From the NCBI GenBank assembly GCA_031263095.1, contig JAISGI010000036.1, positions 1-62,581 of the forward strand: a stretch of DNA of 62,581 nt. Reading direction: 5' to 3'. Each line of letters opens with the position of its first letter. Positions within the stretch are counted from its first letter, which is position 1. A program made the translations under genes and the position numbers. The notes under the pieces are model-generated. The model searched no databases. It saw only the letters and a program-made list of their open reading frames with translations, and had not been told where the DNA came from. This document shows, one piece after another, positions 17,388 to 25,615 of the stretch. The stretch is from Rickettsiales bacterium. Its GTDB lineage: Bacteria > Pseudomonadota > Alphaproteobacteria > Rs-D84 > CACZYB01.

Positions 17388-18584
17388 CTAGTTCACATTC
17401 CACTTGAGCTCGTTGCCATCCTTTAGGATAACACGCGAACCATCTATACCCTTGGCACCGATTGCTTTCTGGACACGCTCGGCCTCGGTCTTGGACGGAA
17501 ATTCGCCAAGCCGGACTTTGTAGAGCGTGTTGCCGTTCTGCACCGCCTTGAATATCTTGACCGGCGCCACACCGACAAGCTTGTTCTTCATCGCCTCGGC
17601 CTTTTCATAGCTGGAGTACGCCGCAACCTGCACGAAATATTCCCCCTCCTCCGGCGAACGCCGAGCAGCGGATGCAGGAGCCACAACGGCCGCAACCTCC
17701 TCTATTACAGGTGTCGGAGCTGGCACTGGAGCGACCGGAGTCGCGGTAAAGTTGTCATGCCCGACATGGCTCTCGCGTGTATAGTTCGGCTGCATCTCGA
17801 CCACGCCGCCATCGGACGCAGGCAGAGGTCTGACCTCCGCAGCAGCTGGGTCGGGCACCGCGCTCTCGGTTCTGGCAAGCGTTATGTCCGGCGAGTATAT
17901 GTCGGTGTTGCCACCCGCAAGGGCAAGCTCTTTCAGGTTCCGGCTCTGCTCGGGCAGTATCTCGACCTTCACGCGCGCCGAGCCCTTCTGCTTGACGCCG
18001 AGCACATCCGCCGCAGCGGACGACAGGTCGATGATTCGGTCGCGCGCAAACGGCCCGCGGTCGTTGATTTTGATAGTAAGCGAAGCACCGTTCTCAAGGT
18101 TCGTCACACGCACAAGCGAGGGCAAGGGAAGCGTCCTGTGCGCAGCAGTGTATTTTGTGGTATCGAAGACTTCGCCATTGCTGGTTGACTTGCCGTGGAA
18201 GTCCGGCCCGTACCACGAGGCGATTCCAACCTCGCTGTACTCGTAGTTCTCATGCGGATAATAGGGAACTCCGTCGATAAGGTAAGGATTACCGATTTTA
18301 TAAGTCCCGCCCGAGGCAAGCGGAGCCGCAGGAGCCGCGGGTGCTGCAGGAACGGGTGCCTGGGTCGGCGCAGATTCTACTGGCTCGGCCGCCTGTGGAA
18401 CCGAGCTGAACTCATCCTCGGTCGGCTGGGCGAAGTTGTCGTCATAGCTCTGCATATCGTTGTAAGAGGGCTCGGCCGCAGCGGGCGCGGGTTTGGTCGC
18501 CGAACGTATCGGCACTTCGCTTCCACGGTATTCGGCGCACGCGGCAAGGACGAACAAAGCTATAAACCAAAGATTCTTTTTCAT
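17388..18584 (-). CDS. rlpA: septal ring lytic transglycosylase RlpA (DPBB plus SPOR domains)
   Basis: Lipobox-like signal MKKNLWFIALFVLAAC, DPBB segment GIASWYGPDFHGKSTSNGEVFD..AAHRTLPLPS..V.NL.NG, and a C-terminal SPOR domain (YFVQVAAYSSYEKAEAMKNKL). Confidence 0.88.
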   Translation of the reverse strand: MKKNLWFIALFVLAACAEYRGSEVPIRSATKPAPAAAEPSYNDMQSYDDNFAQPTEDEFSSVPQAAEPVESAPTQAPVPAAPAAPAAPLASGGTYKIGNPYLIDGVPYYPHENYEYSEVGIASWYGPDFHGKSTSNGEVFDTTKYTAAHRTLPLPSLVRVTNLENGASLTIKINDRGPFARDRIIDLSSAAADVLGVKQKGSARVKVEILPEQSRNLKELALAGGNTDIYSPDITLARTESAVPDPAAAEVRPLPASDGGVVEMQPNYTRESHVGHDNFTATPVAPVPAPTPVIEEVAAVVAPASAARRSPEEGEYFVQVAAYSSYEKAEAMKNKLVGVAPVKIFKAVQNGNTLYKVRLGEFPSKTEAERVQKAIGAKGIDGSRVILKDGNELKWNVN

Positions 18585-18735
18585 CTCTATCTCCTTATTA
18601 CCATATAGAATAGCACAGCCAAGGCACAGTGTCAAGACGCAACTTGGCAAAGACTAAATGCCTTTGACTATATACTTACTTACAAATGGCTTGCAATGTG
18701 GTATGATTCGCTGGTCTAACGATAAGGAGGTACGA

Positions 18736-19053
18736 ATGGACATCAAGGAGCTGACAAAGTTTGTCGAAGAAGACTACAAGGCTTGGAACGACATGTTCAA
18801 GCATCAGGAAAAAAGCACCGAGGCGTTCGTAATCCTCGGCAAGCTCGGCAAAAAGCTGGGCGACCTGGACAAGGAGGTGGCCAAGGAGTTTGGCTTCTGC
18901 CACAAGGAGGCTTTGAAGGAGCCGATGTGCGCCGACCGCAAGCTTGCGGGCCTCGTGATAAATTCTCTGCTCTTGGCGAAAGTCTTGGACATAGATATGG
19001 AGAAGGCTATGAAAGACAAGATGGAGAGAATGCGGGAACACGGAAAAAAATAG
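18736..19053 (+). CDS. hypothetical all-helical cytoplasmic protein
   Basis: SD AAGGAGG lies upstream of ATG 18736. No signal peptide. Any resemblance to MazG-like folds is only vague. Confidence 0.5.
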   Translation: MDIKELTKFVEEDYKAWNDMFKHQEKSTEAFVILGKLGKKLGDLDKEVAKEFGFCHKEALKEPMCADRKLAGLVINSLLLAKVLDIDMEKAMKDKMERMREHGKK

Positions 19054-19126
19054 GACTCTTCAAAACCGTCCCGCAAGCGTTCGGCCAACCGTTGCAAAGA
19101 TTGCCCCGATCGCTTGACACCAAAGG

Positions 19127-19158
19127 GAAAATCCCCCGGGAAACCGGGGGATTTTTTT
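19127..19158 (+). terminator. rho-independent terminator
   Basis: AAAATCCCCCGG-gaaa-CCGGGGGATTTT followed by a T-run. Confidence 0.75.
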
Positions 19159-19163
19159 ATCCC

Positions 19164-19189
19164 TTGACAAATCATGGGGGGGGTAGAAT
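19164..19189 (+). promoter_or_regulatory. candidate promoter with a G8 tract inside the spacer
   Basis: TTGACA (19164-19169), then aatcat-G8 (a 14-nt spacer), then TAGAAT (19184-19189). It lies about 55 nt upstream of the SD and ATG of the gene starting at 19243. Confidence 0.45.
19176..19183 (+). repeat. poly-G tract G8, intergenic, inside the promoter spacer
   Basis: Counted directly. Confidence 0.95.
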
Positions 19190-19242
19190 GCGGTTTGTCC
19201 AGAAAAATTGGATGCAATGTATAACAAAACGAAAGGAAAGAA

Positions 19243-19671
19243 ATGTATAATAAGATAATGCTTGCGGCGGTTGCTGCCATAGCGGTTTCAAGCGGAGCAT
19301 GGGCGGTAAATAAATCAGGCAGGCCGACTAATGCGCCAGCCAAAACCGTAACCGTCAAGTACGGTATAGTAGTAAGCAAGGAATTCGACTTCGGTGCGAA
19401 AGGTTCATGCAATAATGCCACATTCGGCGACCCGGCCAGAGGCGTAAATAAGGAATGCTACAGCGGCCTGGGTGAAAAAATAGCCAGCGAGGGCAAAGGT
19501 TTCACTCGCCCGGACTGCTGCACGGCAGTATTATATGGCAAGCTGACGTCGAAATCCGTACCGATGGGAAGTGCCTGCAACAACGCGACCTTCGGCGACC
19601 CAGCCAAAGGATATAAGAAAGCTTGCTACATTGACGGCCGCAAAGTCGCCGATGAAGGTGGCGAAATCTAG
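19243..19671 (+). CDS. small secreted Cys-rich protein with an internal duplication
   Basis: Signal peptide MLAAVAAIAVSSGAWA. The motif [KG]GSxCNNATFGDPA[RK]G..K.CY occurs twice. Confidence 0.65.
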   Translation: MYNKIMLAAVAAIAVSSGAWAVNKSGRPTNAPAKTVTVKYGIVVSKEFDFGAKGSCNNATFGDPARGVNKECYSGLGEKIASEGKGFTRPDCCTAVLYGKLTSKSVPMGSACNNATFGDPAKGYKKACYIDGRKVADEGGEI

Positions 19672-19684
19672 TAATATACAGACC

Positions 19685-19765
19685 AAAAAAATCCCGGGAT
19701 TTCCCCGGGATTTTTTACACATATTCCACCAATCAAAAGTACCCCAAAGGGGCAACTTTTGATTG
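19685..19765. repeat. bipartite hairpin element, copy E6
   Basis: The first hairpin is AAAAAAATCCCGGG-attt-CCCCGGGATTTTTT and the linker is ACACATATTCCAC. The second hairpin is CAATCAAAAGT-N14-ACTTTTGATTG. Confidence 0.75.
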
Positions 19766-19771
19766 AATTTT

Positions 19772-20473
19772 CTAGAACTGCACTCCGTATTTAACGCCGA
19801 ACACATCGTCGTTATCATCGTTCCCGATGTCGGTCTTGTAATAGACGCTCGCGGCCGAGTTCGCGCTGATTACGAGGTTGCCCTGCACCACGAACCAGAA
19901 GCTGTCGTCAATTCCCTTCTGCGTGTGCTGCTCGTCGTCAAGGGCAAGATAGCCCGAAAACTTGGGCGTGAATTGGTACAGGCCCTCAAGCACGAAATGG
20001 ATTATCGAATCATGATACCCCGACGCTGACAAGCGGTCGAACGTAATCTTTCCGTCATAGGTGTACTTGTCTTTCACCTTGCCGCCACGTACGCCGATTC
20101 CCCAGACGCTCGTATCTCCGGTAGCCGAAACGTCGTCGCTTATGGCGCCGCCTACATGGGCAAGTACATCGAGAAGTTGCCCGCCGCGGTTCAAGGCACT
20201 ATAGTTCGCGCCCAAGTCCCAGTTGCCTACTCCGTCGTCGCGACCCGAGTTCTTGCTCCAGCGGTCGAGGTCGAATCCGAACGACATCGCAAACTTGTTG
20301 GAGAATCCGTATCCGAATGTCTCGAGCGCCTGCAGCCTGTCGTCCGATTTGTTCAGATCCGTTATGGAATAGAACTTGCCTTCCGACGGACGGTAGAACG
20401 GATTTTCGATTCCTACGCCCGCATTGGCGGAAACGGAAGCCAGCAAAAGCCCCGCTGTAAGAAGTTTATTCAT
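19772..20473 (-). CDS. outer-membrane beta-barrel protein
   Basis: Signal peptide MNKLLTAGLLLASVSANA, beta-strand periodicity, C-terminal ..VKYGVQF. Confidence 0.7.
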   Translation of the reverse strand: MNKLLTAGLLLASVSANAGVGIENPFYRPSEGKFYSITDLNKSDDRLQALETFGYGFSNKFAMSFGFDLDRWSKNSGRDDGVGNWDLGANYSALNRGGQLLDVLAHVGGAISDDVSATGDTSVWGIGVRGGKVKDKYTYDGKITFDRLSASGYHDSIIHFVLEGLYQFTPKFSGYLALDDEQHTQKGIDDSFWFVVQGNLVISANSAASVYYKTDIGNDDNDDVFGVKYGVQF

Positions 20474-20534
20474 ATTTTTTTCCTTTCTGGTTTGGTTAAA
20501 CCAAAGGAAATTTTAGCTTGGGAAAAAAGCCTAG

Positions 20535-20849
20535 TCAACCGATTTCTTTTGCCGCGCCTATCCTGCCCTTTACAGCCTCTTGCACTTGAAGCGTCCTGGT
20601 GCGCTTGGCAAGCTCGTCCCGCCCTTTTCTAAACATGCTGTCGCGCCGGGCGGTGTTGACGGCCCTGGCAATCTTGGCCCTCGGCTCGTCCGGAGGCGGC
20701 TCGACCGAGGTTTCAAGAGCCTCCACGTTCGCATCTTCCTTGGGAAAGGGATAGGTGGCGTTCTCATCCCCCTTACCGTCGAAATCCTTTTCTATGGACT
20801 TCTCGGTCGCGAACCCCGGGTTGAAGTTGAAGTCTTTCGGCAAATCCAT
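20535..20849 (-). CDS. hypothetical protein
   Basis: ORF with ordinary composition and no recognisable motif. Confidence 0.4.
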   Translation of the reverse strand: MDLPKDFNFNPGFATEKSIEKDFDGKGDENATYPFPKEDANVEALETSVEPPPDEPRAKIARAVNTARRDSMFRKGRDELAKRTRTLQVQEAVKGRIGAAKEIG

Positions 20850-20913
20850 CTTTTTCTCCTTCTATACGATAATATATAGCATAGAATTAAAAGGAAACAA
20901 GAATAAAAGCTTC

Positions 20914-22173
20914 TTAGGAAAAGATTGCCCGCACGCCCGCTTCGTCCGGCATGCCCTTTGCACGGCCCAAAAGGGTTATGCTCATCCGTCCGGAAAAAAT
21001 CCGTGCCGACGCCTGCGCTATGTCGCCCGGACCGATTGAGTCGATAAGGGAAACGGTCTCGGCCGCCGGCACGACCCGCTTGAAAAGCTGCATGCACCGC
21101 GCGATATGCTTTGCCCGAGCCGACGAATTCTCAAGCGACATTAGAAGCGAGGATTTGTACGTAGCCTTGGCCCGCGCTATTTCCTTGTCGCTCACGCCAA
21201 GCAGGAACCGTCGCATCTCCTCCGCCGTGCGCATAATTACTGTGGCAAGCTTGCCGGGCTCGGTCGAAGCATAGATGTATGCCGCGCCCGCATCCGCATA
21301 TACGTCGGCATACGCGCCTATGTTATAGACAAGGTTGTCCCTCTCGCGTATCGACTGGAAAAGCCGGCTCGACATCCCGCCGCCAAGTATGGCAAGCGCG
21401 ACCGCCTCGGCCATGGCCTCGCGCCGCATAAGCGCGTTCGAGGTCGGAAAGCCAAGCATTATGTTCGTCTGCTCAAGGTCTTTGTGGACGATTCGCGCGC
21501 CTCCGGTATATGAGGAGGAGGGCATCGACGAGAACCCCTGCTCCGCCCGCGCAAAGTATTTCTCGGCCAAGCGGAAAACCTCCTCTGGCCTGACATTGCC
21601 AGATACTACAAGACACATATTCTCCGCCTTGTACTTGTCTAGCATATATGCGCGAAGCGAAGCGCCAGTAGTTGCGCGTATGGTCTCCGGCCGTCCTATT
21701 ACCGGGCGACCAAGCGGAGAGTCCCCGAACGCCGCCTCGTAAAACAGCTCGCCGGTCAAATCGTCCGGATCGTCCTGCGCGGCCAGGTATTCCTGAAGTA
21801 TCACCTCGCACTCCTTGGCCGCCTCCTCTTCGGAAAAAACCGAATTGAAGATTATATCGGACAAAAGCTCGAGGTCGAACTCGAAATGCTCCTTCAGGCT
21901 GCGGATATAATAGAATGTACGGTCTTTGGCGGTATAAGCATTGAGCTCCGCTCCCCTGTCCTCGACCTGCTCGGCTATGTCAAGATAGGTGCGCTCGGAA
22001 GTACCCTTAAACGCCATATGCTCAAGAAAGTGGGAAATTCCGGCCTGCTTGGGCGATTCGCTGGCCGACCCTGCCGAGACCCATACGCCCGCGAACGCCG
22101 ACAGGGCCGAGGGTATATAGTCCGCCGCAACCGCAAGACCGTTTGAAAGGGTATGAACTTCTACGTTTTCCAT
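20914..22173 (-). CDS. M16 family (pitrilysin-like) zinc peptidase
   Basis: Inverted zinc motif HFLEHMAFKGT. Confidence 0.9.
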   Translation of the reverse strand: MENVEVHTLSNGLAVAADYIPSALSAFAGVWVSAGSASESPKQAGISHFLEHMAFKGTSERTYLDIAEQVEDRGAELNAYTAKDRTFYYIRSLKEHFEFDLELLSDIIFNSVFSEEEAAKECEVILQEYLAAQDDPDDLTGELFYEAAFGDSPLGRPVIGRPETIRATTGASLRAYMLDKYKAENMCLVVSGNVRPEEVFRLAEKYFARAEQGFSSMPSSSYTGGARIVHKDLEQTNIMLGFPTSNALMRREAMAEAVALAILGGGMSSRLFQSIRERDNLVYNIGAYADVYADAGAAYIYASTEPGKLATVIMRTAEEMRRFLLGVSDKEIARAKATYKSSLLMSLENSSARAKHIARCMQLFKRVVPAAETVSLIDSIGPGDIAQASARIFSGRMSITLLGRAKGMPDEAGVRAIFS

Positions 22174-22186
22174 TTTTATCCAAAAA

Positions 22187-22206
22187 GGCCGGGGTTGGCC
22201 CCGGCC
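22187..22206 (-). terminator. terminator of the OMP gene that ends at 22231
   Basis: GGCCGGGG-ttgg-CCCCGGCC, with a T-run on the minus strand. Confidence 0.6.
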
Positions 22207-22230
22207 TCTCCATTGAATCGTCTCGATTCG

Positions 22231-22746
22231 TTAAAAATATACGCGGCCCTTGACAAGGAACGAATGTATTTTTATGTCCAGGTCGCCCTCGAACGAGGCG
22301 GGGATATAACGGTACTCGACTCCACCGGCAAGCGGCATCATGGGAATGTCCAGATCAAGCCCGATCATGTATTGCATGCTCGTGTTCGACTCTACACCCG
22401 AGGGTTTCAGGTTGGTCGCACCCAAGCCTAGATAGGGCTTTACGACCGGTATAAGCGGAAGTCCGACATAGGCGTTCACGCCGAACCCGGTAATCTTGTC
22501 CGCGTCCTTGAACCCGTATTGTATGTACTCGACCTCGGCCCGTACGGGGAATAGGGGCACGGGAAGCGCGAAGCCGCCGTATATCGACCAAGCCGCGCCG
22601 GTGTCGAGATCTGAGCTGGGCAGGCCGGACGGATCGACTTTTCCGCTCGACGAGCCGACGCTGAATCCCATATAGCTCATTCCCGCCGACGCTCCGGTCG
22701 AGGCGAGCACAGCCATCACGGCAAGCGTTGCGAATTTCTTGTTCAT
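22231..22746 (-). CDS. small outer-membrane beta-barrel protein
   Basis: Signal peptide MNKKFATLAVMAVLASTGASA, C-terminal ..VKGRVYF. Confidence 0.7.
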   Translation of the reverse strand: MNKKFATLAVMAVLASTGASAGMSYMGFSVGSSSGKVDPSGLPSSDLDTGAAWSIYGGFALPVPLFPVRAEVEYIQYGFKDADKITGFGVNAYVGLPLIPVVKPYLGLGATNLKPSGVESNTSMQYMIGLDLDIPMMPLAGGVEYRYIPASFEGDLDIKIHSFLVKGRVYF

Positions 22747-22825
22747 AGCTTTTCTCCTTGTTTGTTGTTAAAGCCTTGGGTGGGAGTTTATCCTCCGACG
22801 GGCAATCAGTCAAGCGGTAATTCTT

Positions 22826-22979
22826 TTTTGTCCACAAAAAGACGGACAAACGACCGAAATCGCGCGGATATGCTTTACTTCCCACGGCTCAAGATGTTGT
22901 ATTTTCACAACTAAATTTTTTTTATAAAAAAGTGGAAAATTTTTGTGGAAATATTGCAAAAAGGCCTATATGCTTGCAA
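22826..22979. promoter_or_regulatory. AT-rich divergent control region with operator-like repeats
   Basis: The inverted repeats are TTTTGTccACAAAA (22826-22839) and GTTGTattttcACAAC (22896-22911). GTGGAAA is directly repeated at 22932 and 22945. TTGCAAA is directly repeated at 22955 and 22973. Confidence 0.45.
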
Positions 22980-23001
22980 ACGGATAAATAAGGAGCGTCA
23001 G

Positions 23002-24000
23002 ATGGAAGAAATCATTTTTCCGAACAAGATAAGGATTTTGCGTAAGATGTCCGGCAAGTCGATGCAGGACTTGGCCGACCGTCTGGACGTCTCCCTCTCC
23101 GCCATATCCAAGATAGAAAAGGGATATAGAAAGATAAACCAGGAGCAGATGATGACGGTCGCGGACTTCTTGGGCTGCGCCATGACCGACATATTCATAT
23201 CCGAAGACCAGGACGACGAGGCGATACTGGGCATATGGAAGAAAGAGATAGAGCGCCGCGTCAACCAGAACCAGAACAAGGGCCTCAAGATTTTCGGTGC
23301 CGGCCTTCGCTTCCTGCGCTCGAGCAAGGATCTGACCCTTATGGACGTCGCCGACGCCGCGGGCCTCACGCTCTCGGTCTATCACAGGATAGAGATTGGT
23401 CAAAGGGAGATTTACGAGCCCGAGCTTGATTCCATCGCTCGCTCGCTCGGCATGACCTCTCGCGATGTGCTGTCCAAGATATACGAGCTCAAGGAGGACG
23501 GCTCCTTGGACAGGTTCATGAACAGCGTGGCAAGCCCGATAGAGTCGATTGCCAAGATGAGCGATATACTGAAAACGACGGAATCCGTCTATACGCCCGG
23601 TGGCGTGGTCAAGTTCCATAAGGTTCTTATGTACTCCAAGACGCTCGAGAACGGCGACGTCCTAGTGGAAAAGAGCCGCCGCGACTATGCGACCTATCCT
23701 GTCTCTGACAAAAAGGTTGACGGAATATACGCTATCGAGCTATCGAGCCGTCGGCTTGGCAACATCCTGCCCATGCGCTCGATTCTGTTCCTCGACCCGA
23801 ACCAGGCGGTAAGGAGCGGGGACATCGCCGCCCAGGTAATAAGCGATTCCGATGACAGGGCGGTGCTTAGGCTTATAAGCGTGCGCGAGGATATAGACGG
23901 CAAGTTTTATGGCGTTTCCTATAACCCTGACGACAAGAAGCCACTCTCTGGCGCCGAGCTTGCCGGCCTCCACCGCGTCGTGCTTGTCTCTATGAACTAA
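23002..24000 (+). CDS. transcriptional regulator with two XRE-type HTH domains and a C-terminal S24/LexA-like domain
   Basis: The first HTH is IRILRKMSGKSMQDLADRLDVSLSAISKIEKG and the second is LRFLRSSKDLTLMDVADAAGLTLSVYHRIEIG. The C-terminal beta-rich part resembles an S24-like fold, but I cannot point to a clear Ser/Lys dyad. Confidence 0.75.
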   Translation: MEEIIFPNKIRILRKMSGKSMQDLADRLDVSLSAISKIEKGYRKINQEQMMTVADFLGCAMTDIFISEDQDDEAILGIWKKEIERRVNQNQNKGLKIFGAGLRFLRSSKDLTLMDVADAAGLTLSVYHRIEIGQREIYEPELDSIARSLGMTSRDVLSKIYELKEDGSLDRFMNSVASPIESIAKMSDILKTTESVYTPGGVVKFHKVLMYSKTLENGDVLVEKSRRDYATYPVSDKKVDGIYAIELSSRRLGNILPMRSILFLDPNQAVRSGDIAAQVISDSDDRAVLRLISVREDIDGKFYGVSYNPDDKKPLSGAELAGLHRVVLVSMN

Positions 24001-24026
24001 ACGCCGTGCGCTGAGGGGAGGAAAAA

Positions 24027-24770
24027 ATGGCTGAAGAAAAAAAAGACGGGCTTAGCTTCGCTGATTATCAGATTCGGGAAAAGAACCGCATCATAGCCAA
24101 GACTTACCTGAATATATTTCGGCAACTTCACGTGATAGACGCCGGACTGCCGACTCTAAACTCCGAATTCGTGACACTCCCGAACGAGGTGATCGACCTC
24201 CTGCCCGAGGTCTCCGGCGGCCAAAAGCTATGGCAGCATATAAAGAATTTGAAAGACGGCAGCACGCCTATGGACAAAATCGACGCCATGCTGCTTCCGT
24301 TCGGAGGAGAGGTATTCACGGACAAGAAAAAGCTCGCCCTCTATACCGAATACACGCACGCCGCGGACAAGGCTGAAACGGCGCCCGCGTTCATCGTCTC
24401 CGCGCCCGATTCGGCCAAGGGGGACAAGGATGTTCTGGACGCCCTGCGCTCATACAAAAACACGCCCGAGGGGCTCGAGGCGTTCAAGCAGAAAATGTCG
24501 AAATTCGGTGCGAACTGGCGCCAAGGTATAGATGATGTCCTTGCCGTTTCGACTGCAAAGGACAAGGATGAGCTTGTAAAGACATTCGATGGCCTGAAAA
24601 CATTCGACACCGCTCTCTCCCTGTGGCAGGAGGCCGCATCCGTGGTCAAGACTCCGACCGCCCCCGGCCTGGCCAAGGCTGGCGCCAATATGGTCGAGTA
24701 TGAGAAGTATCTGCCCATGTTCGGCCCCGCCGGAACCGAACTGCTGAACAAGCTGAAAGGCCTTAAATGA
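24027..24770 (+). CDS. hypothetical cytoplasmic protein, paralogous module shared with the next gene
   Basis: No signal peptide. The C-terminal MVEYEKYLPMFGPAGTELLNKLKG matches MKEFGEYLPKFGLEGSRLLEKLHA in the next ORF. Confidence 0.6.
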   Translation: MAEEKKDGLSFADYQIREKNRIIAKTYLNIFRQLHVIDAGLPTLNSEFVTLPNEVIDLLPEVSGGQKLWQHIKNLKDGSTPMDKIDAMLLPFGGEVFTDKKKLALYTEYTHAADKAETAPAFIVSAPDSAKGDKDVLDALRSYKNTPEGLEAFKQKMSKFGANWRQGIDDVLAVSTAKDKDELVKTFDGLKTFDTALSLWQEAASVVKTPTAPGLAKAGANMVEYEKYLPMFGPAGTELLNKLKGLK

Positions 24771-25603
24771 ATTTGAAAGGGCTATTTGGCAGGCTGTTTG
24801 ACAAAAAGGCACAAGACCCCGACGTTGGCACGGCGCTCTTGGCGTTCAAGGGCAACATGGAAAGCTTGAACACTCTGAAGTCCGCCGCAACCGCACTTTT
24901 CGGCTCAAGCTGGCAGTCCCACCTAAAGACGTATATATTGACGCTTCCAGACACGGACAGGACGGCGTTACTTGCCAAGCTGGACGAGGCGGCCGAGTAT
25001 GACCGGGCGGTCGGCCTCTGGCGCTCGGCCGAGCGGCTGCTCCGTGGCATCGACCTGCCCGTAGCTATGGACGCCAAGATGAAAGAGTTCGGGGAGTATC
25101 TGCCCAAGTTCGGACTCGAGGGCTCCCGCCTCCTAGAAAAGCTGCACGCGAAATTCAAGCCGGAACCGCAATCCGAGCCCGAGCAGGAATCAGAGCCTAT
25201 GCCCGAACCCGAGCCGATTCTCCACAAGGTCGAGCTGAAACCCACACCCGAACAAAAACCGGTAAATTCGCCAATCATCAAATCCGTCAATCAGGAAATC
25301 TCCGATTGGGACATAGAGAATTTCATCAGATTGAAAAATTTTGTGGAGTCCTCACGCGAAATCATGCCCGCGATAGTACTCTCCTCCGGCGCCAAGTCGC
25401 TCGAGGAATATCAAAGCTACGGCTTTGTGCTGGACGCCTACGCTGCCGCCATAGCCAAAGCGCGCGAAATCCTGGCAAAGCCCGCCCAAACGCTCGCCCG
25501 CTACTTCCCCGGTGGCAAGGAGGAGCTCGGCGGGATAATAGCAGGGCTCGAAGCCGAAATGAAAGGCGAGATTTCTGTTGCGCCCAAGGAAAATGACGTA
25601 TAG
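24767..25603 (+). CDS. hypothetical cytoplasmic protein with a Pro/Glu-rich linker
   Basis: ATGA overlap with the upstream gene. It shares the module described above and has the linker PEPQSEPEQESEPMPEPEP. Confidence 0.6.
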   Translation: MNLKGLFGRLFDKKAQDPDVGTALLAFKGNMESLNTLKSAATALFGSSWQSHLKTYILTLPDTDRTALLAKLDEAAEYDRAVGLWRSAERLLRGIDLPVAMDAKMKEFGEYLPKFGLEGSRLLEKLHAKFKPEPQSEPEQESEPMPEPEPILHKVELKPTPEQKPVNSPIIKSVNQEISDWDIENFIRLKNFVESSREIMPAIVLSSGAKSLEEYQSYGFVLDAYAAAIAKAREILAKPAQTLARYFPGGKEELGGIIAGLEAEMKGEISVAPKENDV

Positions 25604-25615
25604 GATGATGGTGAA

